DNA from: Escherichia coli
Lineage (GTDB): Bacteria; Pseudomonadota; Gammaproteobacteria; Enterobacterales; Enterobacteriaceae
Strand: one strand, 5' to 3'
DNA: 64,000 nt
NCBI RefSeq assembly: GCF_044324785.1
Contig: NZ_CP172127.1
The notes under the pieces were generated by a model. The model was not told where the DNA came from. It saw nothing but the letters and a program-made list of their open reading frames with translations, and ran no database searches. The position numbers and the translations under genes were made by a program. Positions 49,469 through 64,000 of this stretch are shown here, in pieces (within the stretch, counting starts at the first letter, position 1; every line of letters begins with the position of its first letter).

Positions 49469-49569
49469 CTTTGTTTCCAAACCCGCTGAATAATTTTTAG
49501 CGAGTATACCTGTAAACGCCGTAGGTGTATTGGGGGCAAGTCCCTTTCGCCCCTACTTAATAAGGCGCG

Positions 49570-50781
49570 TCAGGCATCGGCGCACGGCTGCATTCGTGAT
49601 CTCCGGCTCATCAAAATAAACACCGCCAACCCCGCAACAAGAATACCCGGCGCAGAAGCGGCCATTACGCCAACTGTGCCAGTACCTAATGCCAGCATTT
49701 TCCCGGCCAGTAACGGACCGCTCATAGCCCCCAGACGCCCTACCGCCACGGCTGTTCCCACACCTGTTGCGCGAATCTGCGAACTGTAAAACAACGGTGC
49801 CAGGGCATACAAAACGCTTTGCCCACCTGTCGCAAACAACCCCGCGACGAATCCCGCCAGCAACATACCGTTAAATGACGACACCGTTCCCAGCGCCAGC
49901 AGCGAAGCTAACATGCCGCTATAAATCAGTAGCGACATGGTTACTGGACGCAGCTTATCCATCAATGCGCCCAACATTAACGTCCCGCTTGCCGCACCCA
50001 TTTGCAGTGCAAACATCACCCCTGCCGCCTGCGATGGCTGGAATCCTTGCTCCACCAAAAGCAGCGGTAGCCAGTTGATCAACATGTAGACCACCAGCAG
50101 AGTGAAGAAATAACACAACCACAGCAGCAGCGTCGCGGTTGCCGTTTCTGGCGCAAATAACGCACGCAGTGGTGGCGCAGCCTGTTTTTCGCCAGCGAAA
50201 ACCGCCGACTCCGGCAGCCAGCGCATTAATAGCGGCACCAGAATCAACGGCACCACACCACCTACCCAAAACACCGTTTGCCATGCTAAGTTTGCCCCCG
50301 CGAAACCCAGCGTCGCCGCCAGCGCCGCGCCAATGGGGACACCGCAATACATCAGGCTCACTGCCGTCCCACGAAAACGTGGCCCCGCGGCTTCAGACGT
50401 CAGGGCGATCAGATTCGGCAACGCCGCCCCCAGCCCGACACCGGTCATCAGCCGCGCAAAGACCAGCGAGGGAAAATCCCAGGCAATCGCCGTTGCCAGT
50501 GAGAACAAACCAAACAGCGCAACTGAGCCAATCAAAATTCGCTTGCGACCATAACGGTCCGCCAGCATTCCGCCAACCAACGCGCCGGGTAGCAAACCGA
50601 GTATTCCGGCGCTGAATATCCAGCCCATTTGCATTTTATCGAGTGCAAAAGCCTGGGCGATGCCACCCGCCGCAATGCCAGCCGCCTGAAGATCCAGCCC
50701 TTCCATCAGAGCGACCAAAAAACAAAGCCCGATAGTCAGCATCAGGCGGGATGAAGATGATGAAGGGGTACGAGTCGACAT
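49570..50781 (-). CDS. mhpT: 3-(3-hydroxyphenyl)propionate transporter (MFS)
   Basis: MSTRTPSSSSSRLMLTIGLCFLVALMEGLDLQAAGIAAGG... recognised as MhpT; internal Met chosen to give 403 aa. Confidence 0.9.
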   Translation of the reverse strand: MSTRTPSSSSSRLMLTIGLCFLVALMEGLDLQAAGIAAGGIAQAFALDKMQMGWIFSAGILGLLPGALVGGMLADRYGRKRILIGSVALFGLFSLATAIAWDFPSLVFARLMTGVGLGAALPNLIALTSEAAGPRFRGTAVSLMYCGVPIGAALAATLGFAGANLAWQTVFWVGGVVPLILVPLLMRWLPESAVFAGEKQAAPPLRALFAPETATATLLLWLCYFFTLLVVYMLINWLPLLLVEQGFQPSQAAGVMFALQMGAASGTLMLGALMDKLRPVTMSLLIYSGMLASLLALGTVSSFNGMLLAGFVAGLFATGGQSVLYALAPLFYSSQIRATGVGTAVAVGRLGAMSGPLLAGKMLALGTGTVGVMAASAPGILVAGLAVFILMSRRSRMQPCADA

Positions 50782-50873
50782 AAGATGAACCTCGTTGCGA
50801 GTGCAGGTGAATCGCGACTGATACATTGCCAGCCACGTAATCAGAACCATTTAATGACTGCCTACGGGCGAAA

Positions 50874-50911
50874 TGTAGGCCGGACAAGACGTTTACGCCG
50901 CATCCGGCAGT
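50874..50911. repeat. REP element between mhpE and mhpT
   Basis: gtaggccggacaagacgtttacgccgcatccggcag. Confidence 0.65.
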
Positions 50912-50956
50912 CGTGTTGGGATGGGCATACAAAATGCACGTTCTCGGCAGTCATCA

Positions 50957-51966
50957 TTATTTGTTGTTGCGCAGATCCAGCGCCACGTCGACGATCATAT
51001 CCTCCTGGCCGCCAACCATCCGGCGTTTGCCCAGCTCAACGAGAATATCCACCGCGCTTAAGCCATAACGCGCCGCCGCCGTTTCACAGTGACGCAGGAA
51101 GCTCGAGTAAACACCAGCGTATCCCAGCGCCAGCGTTTCGCGATCGACTCGTACCGGTCGATCCTGCAACGGACGCACCAGGTCGTCAGCGGCATCCATT
51201 AACGCATAGAGATCGGTCCCATGCTGCCAACCCAGTTTATCCGCGGCGGCAATAAACACTTCCAGCGGCGCGTTACCTGCGCCCGCGCCCATTCCCGCGA
51301 GACTGGCATCGATTCGGTCGCAGCCCTCTTCCACCGCCGCGATAGAGTTCGCCACGCCAAGACTCAGGTTATGGTGAGCGTGCATGCCGGTTTGCGTTTC
51401 TGGTTTCAGCACTGCTTTCAGAGCGCGGAAACGGTCACGGATATCGCTCATGTTCATCGCACCGCCAGAATCCACCACATAAATACAGGTCGCACCGTAG
51501 CCTTCCATCAGCTTTGCCTGCTTTGCGAGATTCTCCGGCGTGGTCATATGGCTCATCATCAGAAAACCAACGGTGTCCATTCCGAGCTCGCGGGCATACT
51601 GAATATGCTGGGCGGAAACATCGGCTTCGGTACAGTGCGTTGCCACACGAACCACCCGCGCGCCAGCCTGCCAGGCATTTTTCAAATCGTGAATAGTGCC
51701 GATTCCAGGCAGCAACAACGTCGCGATTTTGGCGTGCTTCACCACATCCGCCGCTGCTTCAATCCATTCAAGGTCGCTATGTGCGCCGAAACCATAGTTA
51801 AAGCTGGACCCCTGCAAACCGTCGCCATGGGCCACTTCAATCGAATCCACGCGGGCATCGTCCAGTGCTTTGGCAATCTGGCGAACGTTTTCCAGCGAAT
51901 ACTGATGACGAATGGCGTGCATACCGTCACGCAACGTGACGTCCGAGATATATAGTTTTTTACCGT

Positions 51967-51970
<4 letters not shown>
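50957..51970 (-). CDS. mhpE: 4-hydroxy-2-oxovalerate aldolase
   Basis: 337-aa [55 protein letters not shown]... recognised as MhpE. Confidence 0.95.
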
Positions 51971-53732
<1,762 letters not shown>

Positions 53733-54599
53733 TTAAGGGCGTGCGAGGAAATTCAGCACCAGTTGATTGAAAGCGTCGGCATGTTCCCACTGCGCCCAGT
53801 GACCACAGTCGCGGAAGATATGCAGTTCAGAACCGGCAATGCCGGACAGCAGACGCAGACCCGCATCCATCGGCACAAAGCGGTCGTTGCGCCCCCAGAC
53901 AATCAGGGTTTGCGCTTTGATTTCCGCCAGACGTGGGCCAAAATCCGGGAACTGTTTCGGATTGGCTTCCAGGCTCTTAACGAAGTTTTCCAGGTGATCG
54001 CGGCGCGACAGCATATTATTCAGGCGCGCTTCAAACAGGGCGTCGGTCAAATCGCTGGTATCAAAAACGAAGATATCCATCATCAGCTTCAGGTTTTCGA
54101 TAGTCGGCTGACGATAAAGCTGATTCAGTCGCTTAATACCTTCGGTTGGCATCGGCGTAAACAAACTCATGCCGCCCGTACCACCGCCCATCAGCACCAG
54201 TTTGCCGACGCGCTCCGGCCAGTTAAGGGTGAACGCCACAGAACTATGGCCGCCCATCGAGTTGCCCAGCAGGTGGATTTTGGCGATATCCAGTTGATCC
54301 ACCACGCTTTTCAGGATTCGTGCATTAAGATCCGATCGCGAACCATTATTAACGATCGAATCGCTCTTACCCCAACCCGGGCAATCCAGCAGGATCACCC
54401 GGTAGCCCGCCTCTACCAGCGGATCGATATTGCGGCTGAAGTTCGCCCAGCCAGTAGCACCCGGGCCGGAACCGTGCAGCAGGACAACGGTTTCGTCGCC
54501 TTGTCCGCAGTCATTAAAATGGATGCGCAGCGTTTTACCCGCTTCTTCTACATTCAGAAAACGGCTGGTGGCGGCTTCGGTTTGTGGCTGATAACTCAT
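53733..54599 (-). CDS. mhpC: 2-hydroxy-6-ketonona-2,4-dienedioate hydrolase (alpha/beta hydrolase)
   Basis: [51 protein letters not shown]... with GNSMGG nucleophile elbow; recognised as MhpC; start taken at MSYQ (288 aa), the track ORF has a longer upstream extension. Confidence 0.9.
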   Translation of the reverse strand: MSYQPQTEAATSRFLNVEEAGKTLRIHFNDCGQGDETVVLLHGSGPGATGWANFSRNIDPLVEAGYRVILLDCPGWGKSDSIVNNGSRSDLNARILKSVVDQLDIAKIHLLGNSMGGHSSVAFTLNWPERVGKLVLMGGGTGGMSLFTPMPTEGIKRLNQLYRQPTIENLKLMMDIFVFDTSDLTDALFEARLNNMLSRRDHLENFVKSLEANPKQFPDFGPRLAEIKAQTLIVWGRNDRFVPMDAGLRLLSGIAGSELHIFRDCGHWAQWEHADAFNQLVLNFLARP

Positions 54600-54616
54600 C
54601 ATCTTCTCCTGCATAT

Positions 54617-55561
54617 TCAGTTCTCTGTTCTGGCGCTTAACGAGCCAAATCCGGCAATCCACTCCGGGATTGGGCGGTAATAACGCCCTTCGCTACGCCA
54701 GTTGCCAAACGCAGAAATAGCGGCAAAAGCGGCGACCCAGGTTTTGATTTCATGTGTCGACTTTCCGGCAATGACGGAAAGCTCTTCGTTACTGACGGCA
54801 TCCAGTTCCTGTATGCGTCCCTGCTCCAGCAAAGTCATGAACTGGTTATCCCAAATCGGGTTGAGCGGATGCAGCGTTCTCTGATCCTCAACAAACTTCT
54901 CAGCGGCGCTAATCACCCGTTGCTGACGCAATTCGCGCTCACTGGCGGGTAAATCTTTCCCGCTCCCCAATAGACGGTCGCGCATATGGGCATCGGCTTT
55001 CGCCAGTTCTGGCACCGGCGGCTGATGGGAAAGCCCACCGGACCCAAGGAACAGCACGCGTTTATTGAGAGTGCTGGTGAAACGTCCAATGGCTTCCCCC
55101 AACATGCGGGTACGCTGGAAACCGGGCAACGGCGTGGCGACACCGTTGATGAACACAGGCAGAACCGGCACCTTATCCAGCCCACCGAGCAGGAACTCCA
55201 GCGGCTGGGCGAACCCGTGGTCCACCTGCATACAGTAAGAAACGGCAAGATCGATCCCGCTCTTCATGACGGCATGCGCACAGGCCTCCGCCAGCTCCAC
55301 AGGCACGGGCAGCTCACCTGCCGCACTGCCGAAATCACCAATTGCCGTCGCTCCAACGCCTAAACAGAACGGTGGCATCACGTCATAGAAAAAGCCGTTG
55401 TAGTGATCTGGCGCAAACAGCACCACCAGTTCAGGGGAGAAAGCCGCAATACGCTCGCGGGCGCTGGCAATCACGCCATTGACCTCATCGAGTACCTCTT
55501 GCGCCGGGTCGATATACCCCACCAACGGCGAGTGGGAAAGACAGTGAAGATAAGCGTGCAT
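54617..55561 (-). CDS. mhpB: 3-carboxyethylcatechol 2,3-dioxygenase (extradiol dioxygenase)
   Basis: 314-aa [58 protein letters not shown]... recognised as MhpB. Confidence 0.95.
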   Translation of the reverse strand: MHAYLHCLSHSPLVGYIDPAQEVLDEVNGVIASARERIAAFSPELVVLFAPDHYNGFFYDVMPPFCLGVGATAIGDFGSAAGELPVPVELAEACAHAVMKSGIDLAVSYCMQVDHGFAQPLEFLLGGLDKVPVLPVFINGVATPLPGFQRTRMLGEAIGRFTSTLNKRVLFLGSGGLSHQPPVPELAKADAHMRDRLLGSGKDLPASERELRQQRVISAAEKFVEDQRTLHPLNPIWDNQFMTLLEQGRIQELDAVSNEELSVIAGKSTHEIKTWVAAFAAISAFGNWRSEGRYYRPIPEWIAGFGSLSARTEN

Positions 55562-55562
55562 A

Positions 55563-57227
55563 TCAGGCTACCTTTTCGACAGAAACGTCGGCATCAGGGC
55601 GGGTCAGCGTCATTACCGACGCCAGTTTATTCAGCGTATTGCCCAGGGTTTGCGGAATGGCGGTGGCGGCAACAAAGCGATCCGGGCGCATCACCACCAG
55701 CGAAGCATTGTGTTGCGCGAACCAGCTACGCAGGCGACCTTGCGTATCGCCCACGCGTAGTACGCCGTCGTGGTTATCCTGTGCGGTATGAATTTGCACT
55801 TCCGGCACCACCTGAATGAAGCGTGTGCCCAACGCGCGCCACTGCTGGATTTGCTCGTCGCTCATCCCCCACAGTGGATTGCATCCCCAGCCAATTACCG
55901 CGAAGTTCGCGCCGATCGCGTTATCGAGCAGCGTCACGTCGCCGTTTTCCAGCGTGACTTTCGGCTGAATAAACATCTTGCCGACCGGAGAGTGCTTCGC
56001 TTCAGCCTCACGCACCAGCGCACCGCCGTAATATTGCGGCATCGGCTTGAAGCGCATTTCGAGGAAGTAGCGTTTTACTGGCGGCAGATAATTCAGCAGC
56101 CAGGAAATGCCGTCACGTAACGTACCCTGCCAGCGTTTCGGCGGAGCCAGCACGTTGCCCGCCGTCACAGACAGGTCAATCATCGCTTTGGCGTGATCGC
56201 GACGTTCTTGTTGATAGGTATCGAGCAGCGCATCGCGGGCTTTCCCCTGGATAACCAACGCCAGTTTCCATGCGAGGTTAAAGGCGTCGCGCATACCACT
56301 GTTATAGCCCTGCCCCTGCCACACCGGCATGATGTGCGCGGCATCGCCCGCCAGCAGTACGCGATCAATACGAAAACGTTGCGCCAGTCGCGCGTTGTGG
56401 GTGTAGACACGCTGGCGAATCAATTCAACATTGTCCGGATTAGGCAGCACTTTGCTTAACAGCTTGCGCATATTTTGCGGCTCACGCAGCTGTTCTTCGG
56501 TTTCTCCCGGCATCACCATAAATTCAAAGCGACGTACCGCATGAGGCAGCGCGGCAGAAACATACGGGCGCACCGGATCACAACACAAATAGATATGCGG
56601 CGTACTTAACGGATCGTTGGCGATATCTACCACAATCCACTGATTTGGCGCAGTTTTACCTTCAAACGGCACATTCAGGGTGCGACGGACAAAACTTGCC
56701 CCACCATCACAGGCCACCAGCCACTGGGCTTTGACCGTTTCCCGCTGCCCTTCTTCCGTTTTCAGGTGCAAGGTCACTTCGTCATCTTGCTGGCTGAAGG
56801 CCTCCAGCTCGCGGGAAAACAGGCAGCGCACATTCGGAAAACGCGACAATCCTTCCAGCATCACCGCATCGACCTGAGGCTGAATAAAGGCGTTACGGCG
56901 CGGCCAGCCAAATTCATCGGTCATTGGCTGAATATCAGCAAAACAGCGACCTTTTGGGGTGAGAAAACGCATCGCGTGCCACGGCGTAGTGTGCGGCAGA
57001 ACATTATCGACCAGGCCAACCGACTGCATGGTGCGCAGCGCCTCGTCATCAATACCAATCGCACGCGGGTAGTCGATCAACTTATCGAGTTTCTCCACCA
57101 CCAGCACGTCAATGCCCATCTGGCCGAGATAGTTCGCCATCATCAGCCCGACCGGACCGGCACCAGCGATCGCCACCTGAACGCTATGGTTAACAGCAGG
57201 CTGGATGTCAGGGTGTTGTATTGCCAT
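55563..57227 (-). CDS. mhpA: 3-(3-hydroxyphenyl)propionate hydroxylase (FAD monooxygenase)
   Basis: 554-aa [49 protein letters not shown]... with FAD-binding GxGxxG; recognised as MhpA. Confidence 0.95.
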   Translation of the reverse strand: MAIQHPDIQPAVNHSVQVAIAGAGPVGLMMANYLGQMGIDVLVVEKLDKLIDYPRAIGIDDEALRTMQSVGLVDNVLPHTTPWHAMRFLTPKGRCFADIQPMTDEFGWPRRNAFIQPQVDAVMLEGLSRFPNVRCLFSRELEAFSQQDDEVTLHLKTEEGQRETVKAQWLVACDGGASFVRRTLNVPFEGKTAPNQWIVVDIANDPLSTPHIYLCCDPVRPYVSAALPHAVRRFEFMVMPGETEEQLREPQNMRKLLSKVLPNPDNVELIRQRVYTHNARLAQRFRIDRVLLAGDAAHIMPVWQGQGYNSGMRDAFNLAWKLALVIQGKARDALLDTYQQERRDHAKAMIDLSVTAGNVLAPPKRWQGTLRDGISWLLNYLPPVKRYFLEMRFKPMPQYYGGALVREAEAKHSPVGKMFIQPKVTLENGDVTLLDNAIGANFAVIGWGCNPLWGMSDEQIQQWRALGTRFIQVVPEVQIHTAQDNHDGVLRVGDTQGRLRSWFAQHNASLVVMRPDRFVAATAIPQTLGNTLNKLASVMTLTRPDADVSVEKVA

Positions 57228-57417
57228 TTCAGTACCTCACGACTCGGACAAAATGCCGTTGCGCGCACAGTACAGCGCAACTTATTTTGTTAAAAACATG
57301 TAAATGATTTTTTATTGTGCGCTCAGTATAGGAAGGGTGTTTTCGGCTACAATCAAAACATGCCCGAATGTGCACCAGGTGCACCACGTTGTTTTAACTA
57401 TAGAAATGTCAATTAAT

Positions 57418-58251
57418 ATGCAGAACAATGAGCAGACGGAATACAAAACCGTGCGCGGCTTAACCCGCGGTCTAATGTTATTAAATATGTTAAATAAACT
57501 TGACGGCGGTGCCAGCGTCGGGCTGCTGGCGGAACTCAGCGGCCTGCATCGCACCACTGTGCGGCGACTGCTGGAGACGCTGCAGGAAGAGGGATATGTC
57601 CGGCGTAGTCCCTCCGATGACAGTTTCCGTTTGACCATCAAAGTGCGGCAATTAAGCGAAGGATTTCGTGACGAACAGTGGATTTCTGCACTGGCGGCCC
57701 CGCTGCTGGGCGATCTGTTGCGCGAAGTGGTTTGGCCAACAGATGTGTCCACCCTGGATGTTGATGCAATGGTGGTACGCGAAACCACCCACCGTTTCAG
57801 CCGCTTATCCTTTCACCGGGCAATGGTCGGGCGACGGTTACCGCTTCTGAAAACCGCCTCGGGCCTGACCTGGCTGGCCTTTTGCCCGGAACAAGAACGC
57901 AAGGAATTAATCGAAATGTTAGCCACCCGTCCCGGTGATGACTATCAACTGGCACGGGAACCGTTAAAACTGGAAGCCATTCTGGCGCGGGCGCGCAAAG
58001 AGGGGTACGGACAGAACTACCGCGGCTGGGATCAAGAAGAAAAGATCGCCTCTATTGCCGTACCGCTGCGCAGTGAACAACGGGTGATTGGCTGTCTGAA
58101 TCTGGTGTATATGGCGAGCGCAATGACCATTGAACAGGCAGCGGAAAAGCATCTTCCGGCGCTACAACGGGTGGCAAAACAGATCGAAGAAGGGGTTGAA
58201 TCGCAGGCTATTCTGGTGGCCGGACGGCGAAGCGGCGTGCATTTACGTTGA
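57418..58251 (+). CDS. mhpR: Transcriptional activator of the mhp operon (IclR family)
   Basis: MQNNEQTEYKTVRGLTRGLMLLNMLNKLDGGASVGLLAELSGLHRTTVRRLLETLQEEGYV... recognised as MhpR; internal Met chosen to give 277 aa; divergent from mhpA. Confidence 0.9.
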   Translation: MQNNEQTEYKTVRGLTRGLMLLNMLNKLDGGASVGLLAELSGLHRTTVRRLLETLQEEGYVRRSPSDDSFRLTIKVRQLSEGFRDEQWISALAAPLLGDLLREVVWPTDVSTLDVDAMVVRETTHRFSRLSFHRAMVGRRLPLLKTASGLTWLAFCPEQERKELIEMLATRPGDDYQLAREPLKLEAILARARKEGYGQNYRGWDQEEKIASIAVPLRSEQRVIGCLNLVYMASAMTIEQAAEKHLPALQRVAKQIEEGVESQAILVAGRRSGVHLR

Positions 58252-58327
58252 CACCATCGAATGGCGCAAAACCTTTCGTGGTATGGCATGATAGCGCCCG
58301 GAAGAAAGTCAATTCAGGGTGGTGAAT

Positions 58328-59410
58328 GTGAAACCAGTAACGCTATACGATGTCGCAGAGTATGCCGGTGTCTCTTATCAGACCGTTTCCCGCGTGGTGA
58401 ACCAGGCCAGCCACGTTTCTGCGAAAACGCGGGAAAAAGTGGAAGCGGCGATGGCGGAGCTGAATTACATTCCCAACCGCGTGGCACAACAACTGGCGGG
58501 CAAGCAGTCGTTGCTGATTGGCGTTGCCACCTCCAGTCTGGCCCTGCACGCGCCGTCGCAAATTGTCGCGGCGATTAAATCTCGCGCCGATCAACTGGGT
58601 GCCAGCGTGGTGGTGTCGATGGTAGAACGAAGCGGCGTCGAAGCCTGTAAAGCGGCGGTGCACAATCTTCTCGCGCAACGCGTCAGTGGGCTGATCATTA
58701 ACTATCCGCTGGATGACCAGGATGCCATTGCTGTGGAAGCTGCCTGCACTAATGTTCCGGCTTTATTTCTTGATGTCTCTGACCAGACACCCATCAACAG
58801 TATTATTTTCTCCCATGAAGACGGTACGCGACTGGGCGTGGAGCATCTGGTCGCATTGGGTCACCAGCAAATCGCGCTGTTAGCAGGTCCATTAAGTTCT
58901 GTCTCGGCGCGTCTGCGTCTGGCGGGCTGGCATAAATATCTCACTCGCAATCAAATTCAGCCGATAGCGGAACGGGAAGGCGACTGGAGCGCCATGTCCG
59001 GTTTTCAACAAACCATGCAAATGCTGAATGAGGGCATCGTCCCCACTGCGATGCTGGTTGCCAACGATCAGATGGCGCTGGGCGCAATGCGCGCCATTAC
59101 CGAGTCCGGGCTGCGCGTTGGTGCGGATATCTCGGTAGTGGGATACGACGATACCGAAGACAGCTCGTGTTATATCCCGCCGTTAACCACCATCAAACAG
59201 GATTTTCGCCTGCTGGGGCAAACCAGCGTGGACCGCTTGCTGCAACTCTCTCAGGGCCAGGCGGTGAAGGGCAATCAGCTGTTGCCCGTCTCACTGGTGA
59301 AAAGAAAAACCACCCTTCCGCCCAATACGCAAACCGCTTCTCCCCAGGCGTTGGCAGATTCTTTAATGCAGCTGGCGCGACAAATTTCCCGACTGGAAAG
59401 CGGGCAGTGA
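58328..59410 (+). CDS. lacI: Lactose operon repressor
   Basis: GTG start at 58328 giving VKPVTLYDVAEYAGVSYQTVSRVVNQASHVSAKTREKVEAAMAELNYIPNRVAQQLAGKQ... (360 aa). The C-terminal region differs from my memory of K-12 at three positions (LPPNTQTASPQ…RQISRLESGQ versus LAPNTQTASPR…RQVSRLESGQ). Confidence 0.97.
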   Translation: MKPVTLYDVAEYAGVSYQTVSRVVNQASHVSAKTREKVEAAMAELNYIPNRVAQQLAGKQSLLIGVATSSLALHAPSQIVAAIKSRADQLGASVVVSMVERSGVEACKAAVHNLLAQRVSGLIINYPLDDQDAIAVEAACTNVPALFLDVSDQTPINSIIFSHEDGTRLGVEHLVALGHQQIALLAGPLSSVSARLRLAGWHKYLTRNQIQPIAEREGDWSAMSGFQQTMQMLNEGIVPTAMLVANDQMALGAMRAITESGLRVGADISVVGYDDTEDSSCYIPPLTTIKQDFRLLGQTSVDRLLQLSQGQAVKGNQLLPVSLVKRKTTLPPNTQTASPQALADSLMQLARQISRLESGQ

Positions 59411-59423
59411 GCGCAACGCAATT
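59403..59423. promoter_or_regulatory. lac auxiliary operator O3
   Basis: GGCAGTGAGCGCAACGCAATT overlapping the lacI stop codon. Confidence 0.85.
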
Positions 59424-59444
59424 AATGTGAGTCAGCTCACTCAT
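59423..59444. promoter_or_regulatory. CRP (CAP) binding site of the lac promoter
   Basis: TAATGTGAGTCAGCTCACTCAT; the TGTGA…TCACT half-sites are intact, and the central gtCagc differs from the gtTagc I recall for K-12. Confidence 0.9.
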
Positions 59445-59458
59445 TAGGCACCCCAGGC

Positions 59459-59488
59459 TTTACACTTTATGCGTCCGGCTCGTATGTT
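59459..59488 (+). promoter_or_regulatory. lac promoter P1 (-35 TTTACA, -10 TATGTT)
   Basis: TTTACA at 59459-59464 and TATGTT at 59483-59488 with 18-bp spacing; wild-type (not UV5) -10; the spacer carries gcGtccggctcg versus the gcTtccggctcg I recall for K-12. Confidence 0.9.
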
Positions 59489-59494
59489 GTGTGG

Positions 59495-62607
<3,113 letters not shown>

Positions 62608-62613
62608 TAATAA

Positions 62614-63912
<1,299 letters not shown>

Positions 63913-63920
63913 GCAATCAA

Positions 63921-63956
63921 TGTCGGATGCGGCGCGAGCGCCTTATCCGACCAACA
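63921..63956. repeat. REP element between lacY and lacA
   Basis: gtcggatgcggcgcgagcgccttatccgaccaacat. Confidence 0.7.
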
Positions 63957-63977
63957 TATCAGGACGGAATGATCGCA

Positions 63978-64000
63978 ATGAACATGCCAATGACCGAAAG
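63978..64000 (+). CDS. lacA: Galactoside O-acetyltransferase, 5' fragment (truncated by the window edge)
   Basis: atgaacatgccaatgaccgaaag encodes MNMPMTE, the LacA N-terminus; only 7 codons fall inside the window. Confidence 0.8.

Overview
This window is a contiguous Escherichia coli chromosomal segment running from malZ to the start of lacA, in reverse orientation relative to the usual K-12 map. All product calls rest on my own reading of the translated ORFs against remembered E. coli K-12 proteins; no database search was run. Most of the window is conserved core genome: malZ, proY, brnQ, phoBR, sbcDC, araJ, mak, rdgC, ppnP, aroL-yaiA-aroM, yaiI, proC, dgcC, phoA-psiF, iraP, ddlA, yaiZ, yaiY, sbmA-yaiW, ampH, yaiV, hemB, tauABCD, frmRAB, yaiL, the mhp operon with mhpR, and lacI-lacZ-lacY. 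Recognisable regulatory DNA includes pho boxes, the FrmR operator palindrome, the lac CAP/promoter/O1/O2/O3 sites, REP/BIME elements and intrinsic terminators. The strain is not K-12: LacI and the lac promoter carry substitutions, and several loci that I recall as IS-disrupted in K-12 are intact here (yaiT, yaiX). The most interesting material is in AT-rich, apparently acquired blocks. (1) At the left edge, where I expected acpH next to malZ, there is an edge-truncated minus-strand gene of at least 306 codons ending in in-frame tandem repeats; the ORF track missed it because it has no stop in the window. (2) Between rdgC and ppnP sits a two-gene, translationally coupled module: a 762-aa signal-peptide protein with helical-repeat-like sequence plus a 151-aa Trp/Tyr-rich cytoplasmic partner. 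I could not assign either to a known family; this is my best candidate for an undescribed system. (3) A complete 1195-bp IS5-family element with 4-bp AAAG direct repeats lies in the divergent yaiT/hemB promoter region. (4) yaiS-yaiP-yaiX-yaiO look like an intact cryptic surface-polysaccharide locus (deacetylase, GT2 glycosyltransferase, hexapeptide acyltransferase, outer-membrane barrel). No rRNA, tRNA or CRISPR array was seen.
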